Source: an uncultured Lachnospiraceae bacterium (GTDB lineage: Bacteria > Bacillota > Clostridia > Lachnospirales > Lachnospiraceae). From it: DNA of 62,031 nt. Made by a program: the position numbers and the translations under genes. This document shows positions 37,408 to 46,997 of this stretch, in pieces. The number at the start of each line of letters is the position of its first letter. Position 1 is the first letter of the stretch. The notes under the pieces were generated by a model. The model was given only the letters and a program-made list of their open reading frames with translations, made no database searches and had not been told where the DNA came from. The stretch is from NCBI GenBank assembly GCA_947600145.1, contig CANQGA010000001.1, positions 1 to 62,031 of the forward strand, given 5' to 3'.

Positions 37408-38421
37408 CTAATTCGTAATCTTGGAGATTAACTTTGTCATATTATCGTAGAGACTGTTCCGGTCCGGAGACTTCAGGATCACGGAAATGAACTCGTCTCC
37501 GCCGTCCTCCTCCCTGGTCGCCATGATCAGGCAGCTGCCGGCAGCCTGGGTCGTTCCGGTCTTGCTGGAGAATACAGTCAGGCCGTCCGGAGTCTCACGC
37601 CTCCCCAGCATATACTGATTGGTGCCGCCCCACGTCTTGTGTACGGCGGCTCCGGACGCATCCGTGTAATCCGCGTCATAGGACACCGTGCCCGTTACTT
37701 TTCGGAATTCGGGGAGCGTAAGCGCGTCCGAATAGATCAGATACAGATCATATGCGGTCGTATAATGGTTCTCATCCGTCAGTCCGTGGGGATTTACAAA
37801 ATGGGTATCCGTCGCGCCCAGTCTGCGCGCTTCTTCGTTCATTTTGTCGGCAAACGCCTCAATACTCCCCGCCATGTGCACCGCGATAGCCGCTGCGGCG
37901 TCATTGCCGGACGGAAGCATAAGGCCATAGAGAAGCTGTTCCATCGTCAGCTGGTCTCCCGGATTGATCCCGCAGAGGGATGCGCCCGGTTCCGTGATCA
38001 CCGCGTCCTGCGTCACGGTAACGACGTCGGACAGATCTCCGTACCGGATCGCCAGGATCGCCGTCATTACCTTCGTGATGCTGGCCGGATAGAGCCGCTC
38101 GAACGCGTTCTTGCTGTAAAGTGTCTCATGGGCGGTCAGGTCAAAGACGGCTCCCGCCTCCGCGGTGATCTCATCTGCCGCGTAAACCGCTTCGTCCGCG
38201 ACTACGCACAGCCCATCCGCAAACAGCGCTCCATGCGATTCCCGGTCCGCGCTTTCGCTTTCCGGAAGCATCTCTTCCAGGACAATACCGCCGTCCTCAA
38301 AGGAATACGGACTGACCAGCTCACGCTTCGCACAGCCGCCCGCGGATAAAACCGCCGCTGCGCCCGTCAGGAATAAAACGCCGCGGATGCCGATGCGTCT
38401 GACGTAATGGTTGGTTCTCAT
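37408..38421 (-). CDS. D-alanyl-D-alanine carboxypeptidase (S11), possibly a lipoprotein
   Basis: SxxK (ASITK), SGN, KTG, FVNPHGL; hydrophobic signal ending AGGC. Confidence 0.92.
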   Translation of the reverse strand: MRTNHYVRRIGIRGVLFLTGAAAVLSAGGCAKRELVSPYSFEDGGIVLEEMLPESESADRESHGALFADGLCVVADEAVYAADEITAEAGAVFDLTAHETLYSKNAFERLYPASITKVMTAILAIRYGDLSDVVTVTQDAVITEPGASLCGINPGDQLTMEQLLYGLMLPSGNDAAAAIAVHMAGSIEAFADKMNEEARRLGATDTHFVNPHGLTDENHYTTAYDLYLIYSDALTLPEFRKVTGTVSYDADYTDASGAAVHKTWGGTNQYMLGRRETPDGLTVFSSKTGTTQAAGSCLIMATREEDGGDEFISVILKSPDRNSLYDNMTKLISKITN

Positions 38422-38458
38422 TCTGTTCCTCCCTCGCCGGCGGCCGAAGCGCGGATCA

Positions 38459-38854
38459 TTATTTGTACATCTCGCGCCATTCCAGGTCGCCATGCTCCAA
38501 AGCCTTTACAAGCAGTTCTCCCGTCGCCAGATTCGTGGCTACCGGGATGTTGTGAAGGTCACACATCCGGATGATACTGCTTCCGTCCGGATCCGTCCGT
38601 TTGGGAGATACCGGCTCCCGAAAAAAGATCACCAGATCCAGCTGATCCTGTTCAATATCCGTACACATCTGTTCCGCGCCGCCGAGGTGGCCGGCCAGAT
38701 ATTTGTGAACATTCAGATTCGTCACTTCCTCGATCAGCCGCCCGGTCGTGCCGGTGGCGTAAAGGGAGTGTTTGCTTAAAATCCCGCGGTAGGCGATACA
38801 GAAGTTCTGCATCAGCTTCTTCTTGGAATCATGCGCGATCAGACCTACATTCAT
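38459..38854 (-). CDS. mgsA: Methylglyoxal synthase-family protein (active site divergent)
   Basis: LIAHD, ATGTTG, NIPVATN present; GGDQQ and PHDPD motifs altered. Confidence 0.85.
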   Translation of the reverse strand: MNVGLIAHDSKKKLMQNFCIAYRGILSKHSLYATGTTGRLIEEVTNLNVHKYLAGHLGGAEQMCTDIEQDQLDLVIFFREPVSPKRTDPDGSSIIRMCDLHNIPVATNLATGELLVKALEHGDLEWREMYK

Positions 38855-38870
38855 GTACGCTTCTCCTCCT

Positions 38871-39992
38871 TCATTCGTTGTTGTATTTGCGCTGTAAACC
38901 TACGTTGAGAACAACGCCCATTCCGATGAACAGGCTTAAAAGAGAACTGACGCCGGAACTGATAAACGGCAGCGGCAGTCCGGTATTTGGAAATATCGCC
39001 GTTGCGACGGCTATATTGGCAAAACTCTGAAACCCCAGCAGAGTCGCCATCCCAACGCAGATCGTCCGTCCGGCCAGATCGGAGGCCCTCATTGCCATGG
39101 CCAGACATTCATAGATCAGGACAAGGTACAGGGCAATGACGACCATCGAGCCGACAAATCCAAATTCTTCTCCGATTATGGCAAAAATAAAATCATTCTG
39201 TTCCTCCACGAGGAAGTTCCCGGCCTTTACGGAAAGAATGTCCGTGTTGTTCCATCCTTTGCCCCAGAGCTGCCCGGAACCGATCGCCATGATGGAACTC
39301 TCCTGCTGATAATAGGTATCCGAATACAGTTCCGGATTCTGCCAGGACAGGATCCGGTTGGCCTGATACTGTTGCAGAAATGGGATCATACCGTTCTGGA
39401 GCAGATAAAACAGCAGGAAGACCCCGGGTATCGCGACCGCCAGCACGCCGATGATCCATTTATAACTGATGCCCGCCGCAAACACGATCGATGCCACGAC
39501 TACCGTCATCACGATCAGTGTGGACAGGTTCGGCTGCATATAGATCAGTACCGCCGGAACCGCGAACAGCAGGGCCGCCGCCAACACCACGGTGAGGCGG
39601 TTCATCTTCTCCTGATACCGGTCAAAATACCAGGAGAAGAACAGAATGATCCCGATCTTGACAAACTCGGACGGCTGGATCTGGCCGATGACGGGAAGCT
39701 GCAGCCATCGCGTGGAGATCCCCCGGCTGCGGCCGAACAGGATCACGGCCGCCAGAAAAGCCGCACAGGCCAGATAGATCAGGAAATGGAACGACAGGAT
39801 CCAGTGATAGTCGATGACCGACAGCACAAGAGCGAGAAACAGTCCCACCCCGATCCCCATGATCTGTTTGTTCAGCGTGCTCTGATTCTGATTGGTAGCG
39901 CTGTATATCGCCAGAAGACCGATTATACTCAAAGCCGTCACATACAGGATCAGACGCCAGTTGTATCTTCGGAAATTATAATCAAACAGCAT
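38871..39992 (-). CDS. rodA: SEDS family rod-shape protein RodA
   Basis: QPSEFVK, AIGSG, DFIFAIIGEEFG, TGLPLPFISSG. Confidence 0.92.
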   Translation of the reverse strand: MLFDYNFRRYNWRLILYVTALSIIGLLAIYSATNQNQSTLNKQIMGIGVGLFLALVLSVIDYHWILSFHFLIYLACAAFLAAVILFGRSRGISTRWLQLPVIGQIQPSEFVKIGIILFFSWYFDRYQEKMNRLTVVLAAALLFAVPAVLIYMQPNLSTLIVMTVVVASIVFAAGISYKWIIGVLAVAIPGVFLLFYLLQNGMIPFLQQYQANRILSWQNPELYSDTYYQQESSIMAIGSGQLWGKGWNNTDILSVKAGNFLVEEQNDFIFAIIGEEFGFVGSMVVIALYLVLIYECLAMAMRASDLAGRTICVGMATLLGFQSFANIAVATAIFPNTGLPLPFISSGVSSLLSLFIGMGVVLNVGLQRKYNNE

Positions 39993-39994
39993 AT

Positions 39995-40294
39995 TCAGAA
40001 TGTCCCTTTCAGCCGAAAGTCCTTTACCGGGATCACTGTGCAGAGAGCCGGAAAGCAGTCGCTTTCGTCACCGCCGGTCATTGCCGGTCTCCCCTGCCGG
40101 CGGATCCGCACCTCCATCTGCGCGGCGTCCACGTCAAGGTATCTTGAAATCACACGGCACATATCATTCTTAAGCATTTCAAGCGTCTCCGGAGGGAAAC
40201 CGCTCTGATCCGCCGCCAGAAGAGACCGAAGCCTTCGTGCGGCGACTGCTCCGGACCGTCCCCGGCGCAGCGCTGCAGACCGTCTGTGCTCCAT
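39995..40294 (-). CDS. minE: Cell division topological specificity factor MinE
   Basis: SGAVAARRLRSLLAAD...MLKNDMCRVISRY...IPVK; follows minD. Confidence 0.82.
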   Translation of the reverse strand: MEHRRSAALRRGRSGAVAARRLRSLLAADQSGFPPETLEMLKNDMCRVISRYLDVDAAQMEVRIRRQGRPAMTGGDESDCFPALCTVIPVKDFRLKGTF

Positions 40295-40307
40295 CGCCGC
40301 CGCCCCC

Positions 40308-41099
40308 TTACGCCCTGCGAAGCAGGCTGGTCAGGCGTCCGAACAGTCCGTATGAAATATTCGGAAGCGCCAGCGGCACATCCTCACCGAGAAGCCTCCT
40401 GCAGATATCCAGGAAAGCCTGTCCGGACGGCGTGTCCGTGCCTGCCAGGGGTTCTCCCTGATTGGTGGAGATCACGATGGCCTCATCATCCGGAATGGCT
40501 CCGATCAGCGGTACGGCGAGAATATCCATAACATCGTCCACCGACATCATATCTCCTCTCCGCACCATGTCCTGACGGACCCGGTTGACGATCAGATGGA
40601 TGCTCTTCATCTGTCCTGTCTCCAGAAGTCCGATGATACGGTCCGCGTCGCGTATGGCGGAAACCTCCGGCGTTGTCACGACCAGAGCCCGGCCCGCGCC
40701 CGCCACGGCGTTCTTAAAGCCCTGCTCGATCCCGGCCGGGCAGTCGAGCAGTATGTAATCGAAATCGTCCTGCAGATCCTCCACAAGTTTTCTCATCTGT
40801 TCCGGGTTCACCGATGATTTATCCCGGGTCTGTGCCGATGGGAGTAAATACAGGTTCGGATATCTCTTGTCTCTAATCAGGGCCTGCTTCATTCTGCAGT
40901 TCCCCTCCACCACATCCACCAGATTATAGACGATCCGGTTCTCCAGACCCATAACGACATCCAGGTTGCGCAGCCCGATGTCCGTATCGATCATCACGGT
41001 GCGCCTGCCCAGGATCGCCAGGCCTGTCCCAATGTTGGCAGAGGCTGTGGTCTTGCCCACCCCGCCTTTTCCGGAGGTAACAACGATGACTTCACTCAT
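40308..41099 (-). CDS. minD: Septum site-determining ATPase MinD
   Basis: SGKGGVGKT, DIGLRNLD, DCPAGIEQGF, C-terminal amphipathic helix. Confidence 0.97.
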   Translation of the reverse strand: MSEVIVVTSGKGGVGKTTASANIGTGLAILGRRTVMIDTDIGLRNLDVVMGLENRIVYNLVDVVEGNCRMKQALIRDKRYPNLYLLPSAQTRDKSSVNPEQMRKLVEDLQDDFDYILLDCPAGIEQGFKNAVAGAGRALVVTTPEVSAIRDADRIIGLLETGQMKSIHLIVNRVRQDMVRRGDMMSVDDVMDILAVPLIGAIPDDEAIVISTNQGEPLAGTDTPSGQAFLDICRRLLGEDVPLALPNISYGLFGRLTSLLRRA

Positions 41100-41215
41100 G
41101 TGCGATCCCTCCAAAAAATTAACTGTCACAGATATTCTACCCTATCTTTATGGATATTTCCAGTAGTATTTTATATATATTTTGTGAATAAATTTTGTCT
41201 AAGACGCTCAGTCTG

Positions 41216-41869
41216 TCAGCGGCCGAACAGGCCCTTGCGCATGCTTGCGATGTTCGGCTGTCCGTCCTTAATGCTCACGATCACGGGGCCCTTCGCAAGG
41301 CGTTTGCCCTTATCGGAGCACGGGATCTCGAAATCAGCGATCTTAAGCGCGGACGGTGCCATCTCAATGGCCGCGACCACCGCGTCGGCATTGCCGGAAA
41401 TGCCTGCATGCACAGAACCGAACAGATCTCCGATGACCACTACATGGCCTTTCGACACGATCCGGGCTCCTTTCTCCACATTGCCGATGACTACGATGCT
41501 CGTCTCCGAATCCAGACTCTCGCCTTCCCTGAGCGTGCCTCTGTAAAACTGTCCGGTTGCGGCAGATATCTCCATCAGCTTTTCGTTAAGCGCCTTCTCA
41601 CATTTCCGGGTACGTTCCAGATCCTGGTCAAGAAGACACAAAACCTCGATCTCGGAATTGCCGGTGATCACGTTGACCAGCTCAAACTCTTCCTCCGGAC
41701 TCAGTTCCCGCCCCGCAAGCGTAAGAGCCATCTGAACAGAACCCCAGAACCGTGCGCTTTCCCCGAATTTGGCCGCCACATCCGCAAGAAGCTGCTCGAA
41801 AGGCAGCTCAGGATCCAGGATCACGGTCATGCCGGAACGGTTGCTCTTGATCACTACCGAATTCTTCAT
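41216..41869 (-). CDS. minC: Septum site-determining protein MinC
   Basis: FYRGTLREGE...VVIGNV..GA...VVIGDLFGSVHAG beta-helix. Confidence 0.93.
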   Translation of the reverse strand: MKNSVVIKSNRSGMTVILDPELPFEQLLADVAAKFGESARFWGSVQMALTLAGRELSPEEEFELVNVITGNSEIEVLCLLDQDLERTRKCEKALNEKLMEISAATGQFYRGTLREGESLDSETSIVVIGNVEKGARIVSKGHVVVIGDLFGSVHAGISGNADAVVAAIEMAPSALKIADFEIPCSDKGKRLAKGPVIVSIKDGQPNIASMRKGLFGR

Positions 41870-41909
41870 GATATTCCTCCTCGCTTCCTAAAATATCTCT
41901 CCAACTGCT

Positions 41910-44795
41910 TTAGTCTCCTACGACGATGTTGGTCGCGTCCAGCGCGCCGGTATTCATAATGTAATCCAGATCTGTATATCCGTAGTAAAGCCGGTATACG
42001 TTTTTCGCCACAGCGGCGGCTTCCGCGGAGCTGTAGCCGTATGGAATATTGACCGTCACCGAAATCTCCGGCGATTCATACGGTCCATAGGAGATGAAAA
42101 ACGCGTGATTGCCGCGCGCGTTCTCCTGGGCGGTACCCGTCTTGCCGGCGATATCGACCTCCAGATCCCGGAAGATCGATTTCACGGACCCGAGCGCGAT
42201 CACGTTGCGCATGCCCTTCTGGACAGTGTCCCAGGTGGAATCCGCCACCTGGATCTGATTGGATATCTCGGGCTCATATTCCCGGACTACCGTACCGTCG
42301 GGCTCCGTAATATGGTCGATCAGGCTCAGCTCGAAAACGCTTCCCCGGTTGGCCAGCGCCGTCACATAGCGGGACAGCTGTACGTTCGTGTAGGCGTGGG
42401 TGCCCTGGCCCATGGCGGAACGCTCCGGGTCCATGTCCGACAGACTGGGGGAATTCTCCTCGATCTCGATGCCGGAGGTATGGTCAAGGCCGAACATAGT
42501 CGCGTATTTCTGGATGATCTTCAGACCTGTGTCTGTGGAGTACACGCCGCTTTCGTCAGTGGAAAGGCGGTGTGCCAGCTCCGCGAAGAAATAGTTGCAG
42601 GACTCCTGAATGCCTTCCGCGATGGTCAGCTGTCCGTGCCTGCCCGGGTAGATCCAGCAGCGGATCGGATTGGTCACCTCGGTATAACGTCCCGTACACT
42701 CGATCTCCTCGTCGATCGTCACGGCGTGCTCTTCCAGGGCGGCGATGGCGGTGATCGGCTTGAAGGTGGAGCCCGGCGCCTTCAGCGCCTGGGTCGCGTT
42801 GTTGTAGAACGGCCTTGACAGATCATTGTTCAGCTGATTAAAATACGCCGCGTCCACGCTTCCGCTCATCCGGTTGTTGTCATAGCTGGGATACGTAACT
42901 ACCGCCAGAACCTTTCCGGTCTTGATATCTGTCACCGTACATCCTGCGGTACACGGGTCCAGCGCCAGCTGGGCCGGCGTGATCTCCAGCTTCGTGATCT
43001 TTTCGATCATGAAATCAAAGGTATCGTCCGCGTTTCCCGCTTCAAGACGGCCGACCTGCGCCTCATCATAAGGAAGGACTTCCTGGGAATAAAGGGCCAG
43101 GCACAGCTCCGTTCCGGTGATGATATCCTGATCCACCAGATACCGGAAGATCCGTTTGGTGAACCCCGCCTCGTCCCGGATCGCGTTGATGACATAATTT
43201 TTCAGCGTCTGGAAACTGTTGTCGGCGCTGGAATATTTGTACTCCGTCTCCAGCTTTGCGGTATCCACCCACCCTTCGGAGATCCCGGCATACAGATATT
43301 CCCTCAGGCTTATGCTGCCTTCATTCCATGCGATGGTCCGGGGATCCTCCGAATCGATCTTGTCCTTCTTGATGATCCCGACTGTATCACCGGCCAGATA
43401 AGTATAGATAAAATTCATATAGGACCGCATATCCTCCGGAAGGTCCGCCGCTGCCGGCGCGTTCGGATCGTCCAGCTGCGCCGCGATCCCAGAGAGGATC
43501 TGTTCCCTGGAAGCGACGTATTTCTGGTAGATCCGGCGCTCAACGGCGTCCGCGTCCTCTCCCTCCATATGGCTCAGAGAAAGAATGTTGTTATTGATCA
43601 GCTGGAAATAGGCATCCTTGATGGAGATCTTGATCTTACTGGAGTCGCGGTTTTCCTCCTCGGTCACGTCACGGTTGACAAGATGCGACACCAGGACGCC
43701 GGCCAGCTGCTGCTCCAGCAGATGATAGATGCCCTTCTGCAGATCGCTTCGGATCGTCAGATAGATGTCCTCACCCGCCTCCGGCTCCGTTGAGTCGTCT
43801 TCTACCTGCAGGATCTGCCCGTAGCTGTCCACGAACATATTTGTGACGCCCTTTTTTCCGTGAAGGACCTCTTCCATTGACGCTTCCACGCCGGTGCGGC
43901 CGACGATATCATTGGCGTCGTAACTCGGGTCTTTCAGCTGCAGCTCCTGCAGCTGTTCGGTCTGGACTTTGCCGGTATATCCGATGATCGGTGCGAAATA
44001 GACCGCGTCGTTGTAAACACGGACCGTAGACTCCGTGATATCCACACCGTCCAGGTCGGCCAGATGCTCCATGACATCCGCCACCGTCTCCTGGGACACA
44101 TTGGCGGATACCGTGACGACCATGTATTTGCGGTAGGCGGTCAGGGACAGCGCATAGCGCAGATGGGCGATCTGCAGCGCCTCGCGGTCCGTCAGCATGA
44201 TCGTATTCCCGTTCTTGTCCGCCAGATTATCCAGATTATAGCGCTTGCTTGAACGCAGCTGCGCGAGAAGCTCTGTCGCCGTGATATTGGATGGATACCT
44301 GCCGTCGGCGTCGTCCAGCTTGTCCACGGATGTCAGACCGTAGTAATCCCTCAGGAAACGCTTCCGCGCCGCTTCGGACGACGAGGTATAGATCAGGTTC
44401 CCGTCGGCGTCGAACCCGATCTCCAGTTTGGGTTCCACGGTTTCGTTGTGTTTCTCCAGGATCCGGATCAGCTGGTAAAGCATCAGATTCATGGACTGGT
44501 CGTTCCGGTAGGCGCCCGTGTCCCTCAGAGTAACGGAGTAGGCCAGTTCATTGTATGCCAGAAGATTGCCGTCGGCATCATAGATATTGCCCCGGGTGCC
44601 CGGCGTAGTGACGGTCTTGTATGTGGTGGAAACATAGTCCTCCAGATACTTCTCGCCGTTGACGATCTGCAGATCAAAAAGCCTTCCCACGAGAGTGACA
44701 AACATTCCGGTGAAGATCAGGAACAGCAGAAAAAGCCTGGATGTGACCAGGCGTTTCAAAAGCTCTCCGATGACTTCCAGAATCTCTTTAAACAA
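41910..44795 (-). CDS. mrdA: Class B penicillin-binding protein (PBP2/MrdA) with a large insertion
   Basis: RGNIYD, GRTGVE, SxxK (GSTFK), SCN, KTG; TTG start behind GGGAGG. Confidence 0.93.
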   Translation of the reverse strand: MFKEILEVIGELLKRLVTSRLFLLFLIFTGMFVTLVGRLFDLQIVNGEKYLEDYVSTTYKTVTTPGTRGNIYDADGNLLAYNELAYSVTLRDTGAYRNDQSMNLMLYQLIRILEKHNETVEPKLEIGFDADGNLIYTSSSEAARKRFLRDYYGLTSVDKLDDADGRYPSNITATELLAQLRSSKRYNLDNLADKNGNTIMLTDREALQIAHLRYALSLTAYRKYMVVTVSANVSQETVADVMEHLADLDGVDITESTVRVYNDAVYFAPIIGYTGKVQTEQLQELQLKDPSYDANDIVGRTGVEASMEEVLHGKKGVTNMFVDSYGQILQVEDDSTEPEAGEDIYLTIRSDLQKGIYHLLEQQLAGVLVSHLVNRDVTEEENRDSSKIKISIKDAYFQLINNNILSLSHMEGEDADAVERRIYQKYVASREQILSGIAAQLDDPNAPAAADLPEDMRSYMNFIYTYLAGDTVGIIKKDKIDSEDPRTIAWNEGSISLREYLYAGISEGWVDTAKLETEYKYSSADNSFQTLKNYVINAIRDEAGFTKRIFRYLVDQDIITGTELCLALYSQEVLPYDEAQVGRLEAGNADDTFDFMIEKITKLEITPAQLALDPCTAGCTVTDIKTGKVLAVVTYPSYDNNRMSGSVDAAYFNQLNNDLSRPFYNNATQALKAPGSTFKPITAIAALEEHAVTIDEEIECTGRYTEVTNPIRCWIYPGRHGQLTIAEGIQESCNYFFAELAHRLSTDESGVYSTDTGLKIIQKYATMFGLDHTSGIEIEENSPSLSDMDPERSAMGQGTHAYTNVQLSRYVTALANRGSVFELSLIDHITEPDGTVVREYEPEISNQIQVADSTWDTVQKGMRNVIALGSVKSIFRDLEVDIAGKTGTAQENARGNHAFFISYGPYESPEISVTVNIPYGYSSAEAAAVAKNVYRLYYGYTDLDYIMNTGALDATNIVVGD

Positions 44796-45309
44796 GGGTG
44801 GTATCCCTCCCGCTTTCATACTCCTTCAGCTTCCGGTTGATCAAGAGAAGCAGCCGGTAGAGAAACAGCGTCGTGACGACGGTAAAGATCGTCTCCGGCA
44901 CCATGATCTCCCTGAAATAATACAAAAAGTCAAGCCTTCCCCGGATCAGGAACCGGAACACATACACATACAGATTGTACGCCAGTTCATTGACAATGCT
45001 CAAAACCAGGGGAAGGGTCACATAGTCTTCGTAAAAATACTTCGTGCAGATCCCGTTCATATATCCCACATACACATAGAACAGGGTATAGAATCCGAAC
45101 GGTCCGCTGTAAAACAGATCCAGAAGGATCCCCGCCAGCACCCCGTAGATCATGCCCATCCGCTGCCCGTCCATAAACCCGAAGGAAAACGTCAGGATCA
45201 AAAGCAGGTTCGGCGTCGAGACGAGCACCGGGATCAGCGGGAAAATGCAGTTCTGGACTGTAAACGCGGCGATGATCAGCGCCAGATTCACCAGGGCCCG
45301 CTTCATCAC
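44788..45309 (-). CDS. mreD: Rod shape-determining protein MreD
   Basis: Hydrophobic; PNLLLIL, GILLDLFYS; synteny. Confidence 0.9.
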   Translation of the reverse strand: MMKRALVNLALIIAAFTVQNCIFPLIPVLVSTPNLLLILTFSFGFMDGQRMGMIYGVLAGILLDLFYSGPFGFYTLFYVYVGYMNGICTKYFYEDYVTLPLVLSIVNELAYNLYVYVFRFLIRGRLDFLYYFREIMVPETIFTVVTTLFLYRLLLLINRKLKEYESGRDTTLV

Positions 45310-46151
45310 TCCACCTCCGGATCCGCGGTCTCCTTCACATCGGTGATGATCAGGACCTCGCGCAGGTTGTGGAAATCGGCGACCGGGACCAGATACCCGG
45401 AGCTGGTCAGCTGGTTGTTGTCCAGGGTAATATCCTTGGCGTAGCCGATCAGGATCCCAGGCAGATAGCTGGAACTGATATTGGAGGTGACGATCCGGTC
45501 GCCGTCCTTCACGTCCCCGTCCTTCTGGATATTGGAGATCGTCAGGCGGCCTTCCTTGTAAAGCGTCAGATCCCCGCCCACGATACAGGTATCTCCCGAC
45601 TGGAGCGCCATCGCGCTGACCCGGCTGGAGTCGTCGATAATGGAACGCACCGTGGCGTAATGAGCCCCCACGTCGGTCACGATCCCCACCAGACCGCCGC
45701 CGGCCAGGACATTGTTCCCTTCCCGGATCCCGTCGGAATAGCCCTTATCCACGCGAAATACCTGAAACCAGTCTCCCGAGTCGTTGGCGATCACCCGGGC
45801 CGCGGTCTTCTCATACTGCATATACTCCTGATCCAGGTCATAGAGCTCCCTCAGCCTGGCAAGTTCAAAGACCTCCGAGGTCAGACGGTTGTTCTCCTCC
45901 GTCAGGGCGGCGATCTCTTCCCGCAGGGCTTCGTTCTCCCGCAGGGCGGTCTTCAGTTTCGTATAATCTGCCACCTCATCATAGATCGTCACGCCGACCC
46001 GGTTCACGCCGGTCTGGATCGGGATGACCACATAACCCACCGCGGTTCGAAACGGCGTCAGCCACTGATCCGTAAAGGCAGTCACCACGATCAGAAACAG
46101 GCAGCAGATCGTAAGTCCGATCAGGATATAGCGGTTGTATTTGGACTCCAT
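45306..46151 (-). CDS. mreC: Rod shape-determining protein MreC
   Basis: TM, coiled coil, ARVI...VDKG..DGI...GLVGIV...IVTS...PGILIG. Confidence 0.93.
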   Translation of the reverse strand: MESKYNRYILIGLTICCLFLIVVTAFTDQWLTPFRTAVGYVVIPIQTGVNRVGVTIYDEVADYTKLKTALRENEALREEIAALTEENNRLTSEVFELARLRELYDLDQEYMQYEKTAARVIANDSGDWFQVFRVDKGYSDGIREGNNVLAGGGLVGIVTDVGAHYATVRSIIDDSSRVSAMALQSGDTCIVGGDLTLYKEGRLTISNIQKDGDVKDGDRIVTSNISSSYLPGILIGYAKDITLDNNQLTSSGYLVPVADFHNLREVLIITDVKETADPEVE

Positions 46152-46846
46152 TCTAGCATTCCTTCTCTTTTAAAGCTGCAATAGGTTTGATCCCCGATCA
46201 CAATATGATCCAGCAGACGGATCCCCAGCAGATTTCCTGCCTCCTGCATCCGCTTTGTCAGGAAACAGTCCTCACGGCTGGGCGTCGGATCCCCGCTGGG
46301 ATGATTGTGCACCAGGATCAGGCTGGCGGCCCGGTACCGCACCGCCTCAATAAAGACCTCCCTGGGCGATATCAGCGTCGAAGTCGCGGTGCCCTTGGAG
46401 ATCAGCATATCTCTTATCAGTCTCTGTTTCGTATCCAGATACATGGCGTACATCTGCTCCTGTTCCATATGGCGCATGTCTTCCATGTAATAGTTGACCA
46501 CTTCCTCCGGCAGATGGAACGTCCGGATCCTTGTGATGGCAAAGCGCTTGCTGATCCGCCGGGACAGTTCGCCGATGCACAGAAGCTGAAGGCCCTTGAC
46601 GTCGCCGATCCCCTCCACGTTCTTGAGATCCTGCAGGGAAAGATGACTTAAACCGAGGATCCCGTCGTTGGGGTAGCTGAGCTCCAGGATCCGCCGCGCG
46701 GTCTCCAGACTGTTCGCTCCCCGGCTTCCGGTACGGATGATGATCGACAGCAGCTCCTCGTCGCTTAACGCTTCCGGCCCGAGCCGCGCGCATCTCTCAT
46801 AAGGGCGGTCGTCTTCAGGGATGTCTTTCATTTTTCTCATGTCCAT
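46121..46846 (-). CDS. radC: RadC/JAB domain protein
   Basis: RPYER...LSDEELL, HhH, HNHPSGDPTPS..D, LLDHIVIG. Confidence 0.95.
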   Translation of the reverse strand: MDMRKMKDIPEDDRPYERCARLGPEALSDEELLSIIIRTGSRGANSLETARRILELSYPNDGILGLSHLSLQDLKNVEGIGDVKGLQLLCIGELSRRISKRFAITRIRTFHLPEEVVNYYMEDMRHMEQEQMYAMYLDTKQRLIRDMLISKGTATSTLISPREVFIEAVRYRAASLILVHNHPSGDPTPSREDCFLTKRMQEAGNLLGIRLLDHIVIGDQTYCSFKREGMLEWSPNTTAIS

Positions 46847-46997
46847 ATCTCCTCCATCGCGGCTCTCCAAGTACGAATCCCGGAAGAAATAAACGGACAT
46901 ACCATATCATTAGTTTACCATAAACTGGCATCAATGTATACAGCGGTTTATAAAATGTAATGAAAACGTAAAAGTTTTCCGGCGTCCGGGCAAAATG

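Noticed and set aside
41910-44795. Unusually long PBP2 as a novelty
   Set aside because: Catalytic motifs are normal and, as I recall, enlarged class B PBPs are typical of this lineage
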